A stretch of DNA of 62,378 nucleotides, filler included. It is 3 parts of 3 records of this genome, joined end to end, with 100 filler letters (N's around TTAATTAATTAA, not from the genome) between each part and the next. Parts side by side here need not be neighbours in the genome. Positions count along the whole stretch, not along the records: positions 1 to 22,682 come from SRR20825006_1806; 2 more parts are not named here. One strand, 5' to 3'. The notes under the pieces are model-generated. The model had not been told where the DNA came from. It saw only the letters and a program-made list of their open reading frames with translations, and made no database searches. Shown here in pieces: positions 1-9,423 of the stretch (the first letter of the stretch is position 1; the number at the start of each line of letters is the position of its first letter). Both the position numbers and the translations under genes were made by a program.

Positions 1-2967
1 CCATGTTTCTTTTGGATCCCATCCCCAATATCTACCCCATGATTCATTTGCCCAAATTCCGCCTAAGAACGTTCCGATGGTTAACATGAACAAACCAATC
101 GTTATTAACATTTCAGCGATATAAGACAACTCATTAATATTAATCGTAACAATTTCCTTATTCTTATTGTTTCTGAGTATGTATAAGATTAAGTTCATGA
201 ATCCCAAAATACACCCAATTCCAAGCGGTGCATAACTTGCCGTAATAATTGCCACATGGATCATCAACCAGTATGACTTCAAGACAGGTTGTAATGGTGT
301 TATGTCTGGATCCATCAGGTTCATTTCTGTAACAAAGATCATGAAGAACGCAAGTACTGCTGTACCGGCCAATAACGCCGCATTTTTCCGAGAAAAGAAG
401 AAACCAAACGCCATTGTTGCCCATGCGATGAACACAACGGCTTCATATCCGTTACTCCATGGTGCTCTACCAGTAATGTATCCACGCATGAAAACACCAG
501 CGCCGTGATATACAAACACCACTAGCATCAGCATTGAGACAACCTGCGAAATTCGCTTGTAGATTGGGTGAGGCTTGACAAAAATTCTGACAAAGAAAAA
601 GATCATCAAAACGAAGCCAAGAGAAAGGTACATCATCCATGAATTTTTGAAGATGTCCATTTTATTATAGCGGACTTCCATATTTACTCCACTTGCTGTT
701 GGCACAAACGTCCCTCCCACTTCTCTCTGGTACGCTTTTATTTTGTTCAGAGTATTGATTGCTTTTGCATAATTTCCTGATTGCGCAGCATCATCTACTT
801 CACTAAAATAACTCACCAACATCATAGAAGTTGCCGAGTCCAACTGCATTCCTCCATATTCAATCGGGTCAAACCACGTATTGTTTGGCGCTCCCTTCAC
901 AGGAATAATTCGCATTCGCTTCCATGTAAAAACCTCCCATGCAACTTGATACTTCTCTACAAGCTTAATTAATTGCTTCTCATACTCTCCACGACGCGAC
1001 TCGAGCATTCGGTGAGCTCTCTTGTACTCATTTGCAAAAATAAACTCACCTGTACTTCGCACGGTTAAATCATTTAATGAAACGTACGATTGATCATTCA
1101 GTTTTTCACGTAAACCTCCTTTTGAAGAAACATAAATGAGTTTCTCGTCCAACCAGTGATCTGGGTACATGTGCATACTTAACACCGTTTGAACTGCATT
1201 GTATCCATTGTATTTCTTCCCTCGATGAACTTTACGGAGAACTTCATCACACATCGTGTGCATCGGAATGATTCTTCCATGAAAATCTTGTACAAGGAGC
1301 GTAGCTAATTCATTCGAATGCGCTTCTGTAATTACTTCAAAACGCGTCGCAACTGGTGCAGCTTGATCGTGATTGTGTCCGTCGTGTGCATGATGTCCCT
1401 CTGGAAGTACTTCCTCAGAAGGTTGTTCCATTTCGGCATGATTGTGTCCATCGTGCTCGTTATGCTCGTGATTATCAGCAACCTGAGCATTTATACCAAA
1501 CGAAAGAGCAAGTACTAAAATGGAAAGTAATTTGTTTCGTTTCTCCGCCAATTTTTTCAATTTACTATTCAACTCTCTAAATCGTCCATTTCTAACGAAT
1601 AATGAAAGTAGCATCCCTATCGCCATAATTAAATATCCAATATATGTCGTAAGCGTACCAACCGCATCATAATTTACGCTAAGAATTGTACCTGTTTCAT
1701 CCGGGAAATAGCTTGATTGGAAAAAGCGATATCCTCGGTAATCAGTCACATTATTCATAAAAACTCTTCGTCTATCTTCGTATCCATTTTCGGGATCGAT
1801 AATGGAAATTTCACTAGCGAAGGAAGATGCGCTTTCGGAGCCTGGGTATCTGTCCAATTGGAAATCATGACATTGCACAGAAAACGGCAATTGGATTCTC
1901 TTAGATCCGTATTCCATTTCGTACGTGAGACCATTCAATTCAAAAACTTCCTTTTCCGGAATCGCCTGAATCCCGCCGCGTAATGTTACCAATTTAGATT
2001 TATCCCCATCCGTTAACTTAAGCGTTAGGTAATCTGCTCCTTCGTTCTTCTTTTCCGCTGGTATGAGTTTTTTTCCTGCGTTGCGCTTTAAATCTTTAAA
2101 GACAAACTGAACTTCTCCAACAGCGTAGAGTGTCGCTTTTTCAAGGGGAATAAGGGTATCGTTCGGGATTTTTCGGTACAGTGAATCGGCAATTTGTGGA
2201 TTTTCTCTGTCCATTTTTTGCAGTTCCGACATTGGTAATGCCGTTGCTCCCATAGCTGAGCGCATCAGAATTTTTCCTCCTTCACGCTCAAACTGGATTC
2301 CAGGCATCGCGTCGGACTTCTCAAAAGAAACCGCGAGTTCATCCCAAAATATAAAACCACCTTCGGTCACATACTCAGACTTTCCAGCTCTGATAAACTC
2401 CAAAGCTGAAGTTTTAATGGATTTATCGATCACGAGGCTGTCGATCATATTTTTCTGAAAATCTACATACTCCACCTCCACTTCGTTCTTATGTCCAGGA
2501 AAGGATATATCATGATCAAAACCATTCCATGCTTTAAACTCAGACATGTAGACTTTTTCATCATAAACGTATTGCATTTTTCCATTATTCACTCTCATCC
2601 AAACGTGCGGTTCTGATGAAAATATATAATTCACTTCTCGTCCTTCTGGAATTTGCATTGAACCTTCGAAGCTCACGAATCGTGTGATTCCGGCCCCGAT
2701 TAAAATGACAATAAAGGATATATGGAAAAGAAATGTCGCCCATTTCTTCTCTTCAATCATTCGGAATTTTACAATATTGACAATCAGGTTGGTTCCTAAG
2801 TACACCAAAAGCAATTCAAACCAAAGTGCATTGTAGATGTACAATTTAGCTGTTTGCGTATCATATACTGACTCCATTAATGTTGCTGTACCGATCGCAG
2901 CAAGAAAGAGAAACAATCCAAGAGTCATCATACTCATGGAGAAAAATCGGCGCACAAAATTGTCCAT
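1..2967 (-). CDS. ccsA: Fused cytochrome c biogenesis protein CcsBA (System II), 3'-truncated by the window edge
   Basis: Manual translation from ATG 2967 gives MDNFVRRFFSMSMMTLGLFLFLAAIGTAT...FLFHISF. The same frame at the left edge reads SYWLMIHVA and GGIWANESWGRYWGWDPKETW (WWD heme-handling motif). It is absent from the ORF track because its stop lies outside the window. Confidence 0.93.
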   Translation of the reverse strand, partial: MDNFVRRFFSMSMMTLGLFLFLAAIGTATLMESVYDTQTAKLYIYNALWFELLLVYLGTNLIVNIVKFRMIEEKKWATFLFHISFIVILIGAGITRFVSFEGSMQIPEGREVNYIFSSEPHVWMRVNNGKMQYVYDEKVYMSEFKAWNGFDHDISFPGHKNEVEVEYVDFQKNMIDSLVIDKSIKTSALEFIRAGKSEYVTEGGFIFWDELAVSFEKSDAMPGIQFEREGGKILMRSAMGATALPMSELQKMDRENPQIADSLYRKIPNDTLIPLEKATLYAVGEVQFVFKDLKRNAGKKLIPAEKKNEGADYLTLKLTDGDKSKLVTLRGGIQAIPEKEVFELNGLTYEMEYGSKRIQLPFSVQCHDFQLDRYPGSESASSFASEISIIDPENGYEDRRRVFMNNVTDYRGYRFFQSSYFPDETGTILSVNYDAVGTLTTYIGYLIMAIGMLLSLFVRNGRFRELNSKLKKLAEKRNKLLSILVLALSFGINAQVADNHEHNEHDGHNHAEMEQPSEEVLPEGHHAHDGHNHDQAAPVATRFEVITEAHSNELATLLVQDFHGRIIPMHTMCDEVLRKVHRGKKYNGYNAVQTVLSMHMYPDHWLDEKLIYVSSKGGLREKLNDQSYVSLNDLTVRSTGEFIFANEYKRAHRMLESRRGEYEKQLIKLVEKYQVAWEVFTWKRMRIIPVKGAPNNTWFDPIEYGGMQLDSATSMMLVSYFSEVDDAAQSGNYAKAINTLNKIKAYQREVGGTFVPTASGVNMEVRYNKMDIFKNSWMMYLSLGFVLMIFFFVRIFVKPHPIYKRISQVVSMLMLVVFVYHGAGVFMRGYITGRAPWSNGYEAVVFIAWATMAFGFFFSRKNAALLAGTAVLAFFMIFVTEMNLMDPDITPLQPVLKSYWLMIHVAIITASYAPLGIGCILGFMNLILYILRNNKNKEIVTININELSYIAEMLITIGLFMLTIGTFLGGIWANESWGRYWGWDPKETW

Positions 2968-2989
2968 AAAAGCTTTTTCTAAAACACGA

Positions 2990-2997
2990 CAAATATA
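2990..2997 (-). promoter_or_regulatory. Bacteroidota sigmaA -7 element (TATATTTG) for ccsBA
   Basis: Matches TAnnTTTG just upstream of the ccsBA start. Confidence 0.55.
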
Positions 2998-3111
2998 GTC
3001 ATTTGTGACGGTCTAATTTCTCCAAAAAGCGTTAATATCCTTCTATAAAACTAGATGCTGTTGGATAAAACTCTGCTGTTCCCTAAAACAATTATTACTT
3101 TTAATGGTTCT

Positions 3112-3684
3112 ATGAAATCCTTACTGAGCTCCATAACTAAATGTGACACTTGTGCAGATCATTTGCCGCTTGGTCCCAGACCTGTCGTGAAATGCTCCGA
3201 GAACAGTCGGGTTTTAATCATTGGGCAAGCTCCTGGTACTAAAGTTCATGCTTCGGGAATTCCTTGGGATGATCAGAGTGGAATTCAACTTCGGAAATGG
3301 TTAGACGTTGACACTGACGATTTCTACGATACTTCTCAATTTGGCATTATGCCTATGGGGTTTTGTTATCCCGGAAGAGGAAAATCAGGCGATTTGCCAC
3401 CAAGAAAAGAGTGTGCTCCACAGTGGCACGCATCGCTCCTCGAAAAAATGCCTGATCTAGCGTTGATTCTTTTGATTGGAAAATATGCGCAGGATTACTA
3501 TTTGGGAACAGAAAGCAATCAAACATTGACTGAAAATGTTCGCTCATACACCACTTTTTTGCCTCGTTACTTTGTTCTCCCGCATCCATCGCCAAGAAAT
3601 GCTATCTGGCTTAAGAAAAATCCGTGGTTCATTGACGATGTAATTCCAAGTTTAAGAGCTGAAGTAAAAAAGGGCTTGATTTAG
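3112..3684 (+). CDS. Uracil-DNA glycosylase superfamily protein
   Basis: GQAPG and HPSPRN motifs, N-terminal CxxC, GFCYPG; likely start ATG 3112 (ORF track starts at 3055). Confidence 0.85.
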   Translation: MKSLLSSITKCDTCADHLPLGPRPVVKCSENSRVLIIGQAPGTKVHASGIPWDDQSGIQLRKWLDVDTDDFYDTSQFGIMPMGFCYPGRGKSGDLPPRKECAPQWHASLLEKMPDLALILLIGKYAQDYYLGTESNQTLTENVRSYTTFLPRYFVLPHPSPRNAIWLKKNPWFIDDVIPSLRAEVKKGLI

Positions 3685-4488
3685 TCACCACCAGACTACA
3701 AAAATCCTACTAAAAGAATGTTCTTTGTTTTTAATCCAAACGAGTGGAGAACGATTTATCGCAAGGTGCGTTTCTAGTTCCTTCAAAAAAACAGTACGTG
3801 ACAACCATAAAACACCCGTGCATTCACGTATCATCCATTGCTGTTTTGGAGGAATGAAAAATTGTTGATTTGAAAATTCTTCACTTCGGATTTGCTCACT
3901 TGTCAACCAATAACCATCCACTGTTAATTGCGTCTTCTCCGAAAATCTCCACGGAACAAAACAGTTCGCCAAAAACAACAACTCTTGTTCCATCTTCTCG
4001 ACTCTGAATCCTTGCTTCTCAAGATTTTTTTTGGTTACTGGATCCCACAAAAGCGGGAATTGCTTCTGTTCTAACTTCTCTAATTTTGAATGTAAATGAT
4101 CCTTTCGATTCGGACCAATCCACTTCTGAATCTCTTCGCCTTCTAAGCTCGGATCGAACAGATAAAACTTGTACACCAACTCCAAATGAACAATGCGCTC
4201 CTTTTCTTGAATGATAGCATCCAACTCACCAAGTGTGATTCCACTTTCTATGATCTGTATATTCTCAGCTTGAATTTTTCTTGAATCAAACCTTTTGAGA
4301 TAAATTGAAAAAAAACGCTCAGCCTTCTTTCCAATAAGCATCGTATCTGTTATTTTCTCATCTGAAAAATTTGTGTTATTTTCATAGAACTGAGGGCTCC
4401 AATTGAAATCCTTCACTCCTACTCGCTCACCTACTTTGAGTTGGTTAGAAGCTAAAAAACCGTTAAATTGATCCTGAATAGAGCACAT
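3685..4488 (-). CDS. DUF1853 family protein
   Basis: TLGELDAII...HLELVYKFYL and WIGPNRKDHL...KQFPL motifs. Confidence 0.8.
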   Translation of the reverse strand: MCSIQDQFNGFLASNQLKVGERVGVKDFNWSPQFYENNTNFSDEKITDTMLIGKKAERFFSIYLKRFDSRKIQAENIQIIESGITLGELDAIIQEKERIVHLELVYKFYLFDPSLEGEEIQKWIGPNRKDHLHSKLEKLEQKQFPLLWDPVTKKNLEKQGFRVEKMEQELLFLANCFVPWRFSEKTQLTVDGYWLTSEQIRSEEFSNQQFFIPPKQQWMIRECTGVLWLSRTVFLKELETHLAINRSPLVWIKNKEHSFSRIFVVWW

Positions 4489-4572
4489 GACACTAATAAT
4501 ACTAAATTCCTTCCACCATTCTCAAATGATATGATTCCTTTAACTAACTTTAGTTTCAAATTTGCTAAATAA

Positions 4573-5103
4573 ATGAAGAAAATTATCGCTTTAGGAGCAT
4601 CGAACAGTAGTACATCCATTAATAAAAAGTTGGCAAGCTATGCCGCAAGCAAAATTCAAAATGCGGAAATTAATTTGCTAGACCTCAATGATTTTGAAAT
4701 GCCGATGTTCGGAGTAGATAAGGAAAGAGAGAATGGAATTCCTGCTAAAGCGAAAGAATTCAAAAAACTAATTGAACATGCACATGGGATTATTATTTCA
4801 TTTGCTGAGCACAATGGAAGTTATTCAGCGGCTTTCAAGAATTTAGTCGATTGGACTTCAAGACTTGAGGGTAAATTATGGATGGATACACCAATGCTTC
4901 TTATGGCAACATCTCCTGGCGGTCGTGGTGGCGCATCCGTTTTGAATCATGCAGTTAGCAGCTATCCCCATCTCGGAGCTCAAGTGATCGAATCATTTTC
5001 GCTTCCTTCTTTCAATTTAAACTTTGAAAATGGAGCAATTATTGATAACGAATTGGCACAATCGTTGAATAAAAAAATCGAACTTTTCATCTCAAATCTA
5101 TAG
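4573..5103 (+). CDS. NADPH-dependent FMN reductase
   Basis: GASNSSTSIN, EHNGSYSAAFKN and SPGGRGG flavodoxin-fold motifs. Confidence 0.9.
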   Translation: MKKIIALGASNSSTSINKKLASYAASKIQNAEINLLDLNDFEMPMFGVDKERENGIPAKAKEFKKLIEHAHGIIISFAEHNGSYSAAFKNLVDWTSRLEGKLWMDTPMLLMATSPGGRGGASVLNHAVSSYPHLGAQVIESFSLPSFNLNFENGAIIDNELAQSLNKKIELFISNL

Positions 5104-5113
5104 AACACAATTT

Positions 5114-7987
5114 ATGAAAAAGGTTATCAAAAAGATTCTAAAATGGACAGGGATTACCCTGTTATTAGTGATCATCGCATTGATTTTAATCCCGATCTTC
5201 TTTAAAGACCAGATCAAGGACTTGGTTATTAACGAGGTAAATAAAACGTTGACAGCAAAACTGAGCTTGCGCGACTTCGACCTTACGTTTATTAGTACAT
5301 TTCCTAATATGACTGCGGTTCTCTACGACACCAAATTACAAGGAACGGACAAATTCAAGGATGTCACTTTAGCAGAAATTAAAGAAGTTCGTGCACATGT
5401 TGGTTTCTGGAGTATTGTTGGTGGAGATAAAATTGAAATTGACGAAATACATATTATAGAACCAAAATTCGACGTTCGTGTGCTACAAGATGGATTAGCG
5501 AACTATGATATAGTAAAACCTGACTCTGTTAAAACGCCAGAAGAAATTGAAGAACCTTCTAGTTTCAAATTGTCGCTGAAAGAATACAGTATTACCAATG
5601 CGACGATCAAGTACGATGATGACGCATCTAACATGTCTTCTGAAATCGTTGGTCTTAATCATACTGGCAGTGGTGATTTAACCGCTGACGTAATCGACTT
5701 CTTAACAAAAACAACCATTGAGAAACTTTCATTTAATATGGAAGGTCTCAGTTATATGAGTCAAGTAAAAACTGATGCAACTATTAATCTTTTGATGGAA
5801 TTCAAAGAAGCTTCTTCGAAATTCACGCTGAAAGACAACTCCATTAAATTGAATGAATTAGGCTTTTCTATTGACGGATTCTACGAAATGCTTAACGGCT
5901 ACGACAATATGGATCTGAAACTGAACGCTTCTCAAGCTACATTTAAACAGTTTTTGTCCTTAATTCCAAGCTTTTATCATTCAGGATATGAAAGCATGGT
6001 TTCCTCTGGAACCTTAAAATTGAATGGCTTTGTTAAAGGTCGAATAGATGACAAAGCATTACCAGCTTGGGATTTCGGAGCGAAAATCGGCAACGCTTCA
6101 ATCAACTACCCAGATCTCCCAGGAAAGATTTCCAATATTCAAGTCGACGCGAATTCAGCATTCCCTGGAGGAACTAACTTGGATAAAATGACCGCCGATG
6201 TGAAAAAGTTCCACGCCAACTTTGGGAAGAATGTCATTGACGGAAACTTAATGCTCCGATCTTTAATGACAGATCCATTTATTCAGTCTGCAATAACGGC
6301 GAATGTAGATTTATCGACCCTGAAAGACTTTGTTCCAATGGTTGAAGGAGAATCATACTCAGGAATCCTTGATGCTGACATCAATGTAAAAGGTAAGATG
6401 AGTACTTTGGAAAAAGAAGATTACGAATCATTTACCGCAGAAGGAAACTTGTTGATCTCAGACATGATTTACAAATCCCCAGATCTTCCCCAAAGCGTAG
6501 AAATTTCCAAAATGGGATTTGCGTTTTCTCCAAAAAACTTGTCTCTCACAGAACTGAAGGCGAAAACAGGGAAATCTGATTTCGAAGCAAGTGGAAGAAT
6601 CGACAATTATTTTGGTTACTTACTTCGCGATGAGATTCTAAAAGGCGCATTTGTTCTCAATAGCAACTATTTGGACTTGGATGAATTAATGAATCTAGGA
6701 TCTACCGAAGGAACGGCAGCTGCAACTCCAGCGACTCCAGCAGAGCCAGCGTCAACATCAGGATCGGAAGAACCGTTACTAATGCCTGGAAATGTTGATT
6801 TTCAATTGACAACAAACATTCAGAAAGCTCGCTACAACGGAATAGATGTCCAAAATATTACTGGTCAAGTAATTCTTAAAGATGAAATCGCGCAGTTAAA
6901 CGATTTGAATCTGAAAGCAATGGGTGGATCAATTGGACTAAAAGGTAGTTACAACACTCAAAATCATAAGACTCCAAAATTGGATTTCGCTTATAAATTA
7001 AAGGAGATTGACATTCACGAATTGGCGACCAACTTCATAACGGTAGAAAAACTTGCACCAATTACGAAATACGCACGTGGAAAAATCTCTTCTGAATTAA
7101 CGATGAAATCGGATTTAACAGCTTCGTTTGAACCAATTTTAAGCTCGCTTACGAGTTTCGGTGATATTCGATCAAGCAGTTTGAAAATTGAAGGATTCGA
7201 ACTTTTTGATAAAATTGCGAATACTACGAAGATTGCAAATATCTCAAATCAAACACTGAAGGATTTCTACACTATTTTCAAAGTGAAAGATGGTAAAATT
7301 GAACTTTCTCCTTTCAATACAATGTTAGGTAAGAAAATCAATACGAACATTTCAGGATTTACAACCCTCGATCAAAAAATGGACTACACCATGAAAATGG
7401 ATGTTCCGAAAGAGGAAATTCCAAAAGAAATGATTGCTTTGGTAGAACAAGCCATGAGTAAGTTAAATTCAATTTCTCCAAAACTTAATGTAGGAGGATT
7501 ACCAGCAATGATTCCTGTAAACGTGTTTGTAAAAGGAGATGCGAAAAAGCCACAGATCACCACAGACTTTAAAGAATCTATCTTAAAAGCAACGGGGAAC
7601 TTCAAAGACGAATTAATCAACAATATTAAGGAAACGGCAAAAGATACTGTAAAAGCGATTGTTGGTGAAAAAATCAAAGAAGTAAAAGAAGATTTCACTG
7701 CGAAGAAAGCTCAAATTATGGCGGACGCTAAAAAAGAAGCTGATAAAATACGGGCATCTGCTAAAAAAGCAAATGATGATGCGAAGAAAGAAGCAGATCG
7801 ACTGTACAATGAAGGTGTCGCTGCTGCGGGATCAAATCCATTGAAGAAAAAAGCTGCTGAAGTTGCAGGAAGTAAAGTGCGCGATGAGGCATACAAAAAA
7901 GCCGATCAAGCCGAAGCCGAAGCAAATAAGAAAGCTGATGGTATCATGCAAAAAGCACAAGAACGAGCAGATGCTTTAGGTAACTAG
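5114..7987 (+). CDS. AsmA-like protein
   Basis: N-terminal TM anchor, long beta-rich body, AsmA-like C-terminal region, Lys/Ala/Glu helical tail; 957 aa. Confidence 0.8.
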   Translation: MKKVIKKILKWTGITLLLVIIALILIPIFFKDQIKDLVINEVNKTLTAKLSLRDFDLTFISTFPNMTAVLYDTKLQGTDKFKDVTLAEIKEVRAHVGFWSIVGGDKIEIDEIHIIEPKFDVRVLQDGLANYDIVKPDSVKTPEEIEEPSSFKLSLKEYSITNATIKYDDDASNMSSEIVGLNHTGSGDLTADVIDFLTKTTIEKLSFNMEGLSYMSQVKTDATINLLMEFKEASSKFTLKDNSIKLNELGFSIDGFYEMLNGYDNMDLKLNASQATFKQFLSLIPSFYHSGYESMVSSGTLKLNGFVKGRIDDKALPAWDFGAKIGNASINYPDLPGKISNIQVDANSAFPGGTNLDKMTADVKKFHANFGKNVIDGNLMLRSLMTDPFIQSAITANVDLSTLKDFVPMVEGESYSGILDADINVKGKMSTLEKEDYESFTAEGNLLISDMIYKSPDLPQSVEISKMGFAFSPKNLSLTELKAKTGKSDFEASGRIDNYFGYLLRDEILKGAFVLNSNYLDLDELMNLGSTEGTAAATPATPAEPASTSGSEEPLLMPGNVDFQLTTNIQKARYNGIDVQNITGQVILKDEIAQLNDLNLKAMGGSIGLKGSYNTQNHKTPKLDFAYKLKEIDIHELATNFITVEKLAPITKYARGKISSELTMKSDLTASFEPILSSLTSFGDIRSSSLKIEGFELFDKIANTTKIANISNQTLKDFYTIFKVKDGKIELSPFNTMLGKKINTNISGFTTLDQKMDYTMKMDVPKEEIPKEMIALVEQAMSKLNSISPKLNVGGLPAMIPVNVFVKGDAKKPQITTDFKESILKATGNFKDELINNIKETAKDTVKAIVGEKIKEVKEDFTAKKAQIMADAKKEADKIRASAKKANDDAKKEADRLYNEGVAAAGSNPLKKKAAEVAGSKVRDEAYKKADQAEAEANKKADGIMQKAQERADALGN

Positions 7988-8010
7988 ACTGCTTTCAATA
8001 ACAGATTTAT

Positions 8011-8046
8011 GCGGTTGTATCTTATGGATGCAACCGCTTTTTTGTT
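8011..8046 (+). terminator. Intrinsic terminator after the asmA-like gene
   Basis: GCGGTTGTATC/GATGCAACCGC stem followed by a T-run. Confidence 0.75.
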
Positions 8047-8445
8047 TCCTTAATCACCTCAATTCTTTGAGTTTTTCAACTCAGAAAATTGATCGCAAAG
8101 AGAAAATTGCATCGATTTTCTTCATTTATTCCCTTTCTACGTACAATCCTCACCTCAAAATGAGAACATAAATTCGCCCAACGCCCAAAAAACCTCGTTG
8201 AATTTTCAGCTCTGAAAAAGGAAAGGTGTTAAAAACTTAAACTTCAAAATACGCATTTTATAAACAAATATGTGCTTCGATATTTAAGACCTCAGTAGTA
8301 AAACGGTTTTGAGATTGCGCACTTTGGATTATTTTTTTGCACAACTAAAATTATCACAACAATAATGCCATAACTTTTTGTTTGCCAAGGTGTTAAACGA
8401 GTTAAAAATAAATCTACATTAGGCTAAAATCTAACTATTAAATTA

Positions 8446-9282
8446 ATGATTATGAAAACAAAAGTAATCTTACTCGCAGGCAGCTTAGTAGCTATCGCGA
8501 TGGCATGTAACAAGCAAGAGAGCAAAGTAATGACCGAAGAACGTTGCGTCGATTGTGCCACAGAATCTTACATTTCCCCAACTGGCAGTATTGGAGAAGT
8601 AAAAACTGGAATGTTCGATGATCGAGTTATTAACTATACCGACGTAGATGGACTTCACATTATGGAAGGTGACGTTTTATTAACGGATGAACAATTGAAA
8701 GGGTATGATGAAACGAAAGGAACCATCACTACTAGCTCAGTTAAAATCTGGCCAAATGCTAAAGTATATTACAAATTTGCTTCTGGATTAAGCCAATCGA
8801 ACAAGGATAAGTTCCTTGCTGCTGTGGCACATTGGGAGAGCGTTACAAATATTCGCTTCTTCGTACGAACAACACAATCCAATTACATCAACGTGATGAG
8901 TGGTTCTGGATGCTATTCTTACATCGGAATGATTGGTGGAAGTCAAGATCTAAGCATCGGTTCTGGATGTTCAACTGGAAATACAATTCATGAGATCGGA
9001 CACGCTGTTGGTTTATGGCACGAACACACTCGTACAAATCGCAATAGCTATGTAACGATTAACTACGGAAATATTCAATCAGGTAAATCGGGCAATTTCA
9101 ATATCTGTTCAAGCTGTACTTCGAACGGAACGCTCGATTTCGGTTCTATTATGATGTATGGATCTTATTCATTCTCAAGTAATGGACTTCCAACGATTGT
9201 TAAAACAAATGGAACGACGTTTACCGTTCAAAGAAATGCATTGTCAACCAACGATAAAGCTATTATCGCCACTAAATACTGA
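8446..9282 (+). CDS. Astacin-family (M12A, flavastacin-like) zinc metallopeptidase lipoprotein
   Basis: Lipobox AMAC, pro-region MEGD (Asp-switch-like), HEIGHAVGLWHEH, Met-turn SIMMY. Confidence 0.92.
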   Translation: MIMKTKVILLAGSLVAIAMACNKQESKVMTEERCVDCATESYISPTGSIGEVKTGMFDDRVINYTDVDGLHIMEGDVLLTDEQLKGYDETKGTITTSSVKIWPNAKVYYKFASGLSQSNKDKFLAAVAHWESVTNIRFFVRTTQSNYINVMSGSGCYSYIGMIGGSQDLSIGSGCSTGNTIHEIGHAVGLWHEHTRTNRNSYVTINYGNIQSGKSGNFNICSSCTSNGTLDFGSIMMYGSYSFSSNGLPTIVKTNGTTFTVQRNALSTNDKAIIATKY

Positions 9283-9344
9283 AAAAAATAGTTCTCGGAG
9301 CGCTCGAACTGCCATTTGAGCTTTCGATGAACGTCAACCAAACT

Positions 9345-9377
9345 AAGTCCCTCTGTTTAATTACGGAGGGATTTTTT
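9345..9377. terminator. Terminator hairpin between convergent astacin and purC
   Basis: GTCCCTCTGT/ACGGAGGGAT stem, T-run on the + strand. Confidence 0.7.
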
Positions 9378-9423
9378 CGTTAAACTAACGATCGTTTAGC
9401 TAAATATCAGTGATTGGAATTGG

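Noticed and set aside
164..1983. Small listed ORFs at the window start
   Set aside because: All lie within the ccsBA coding region, on the opposite strand or in another frame.
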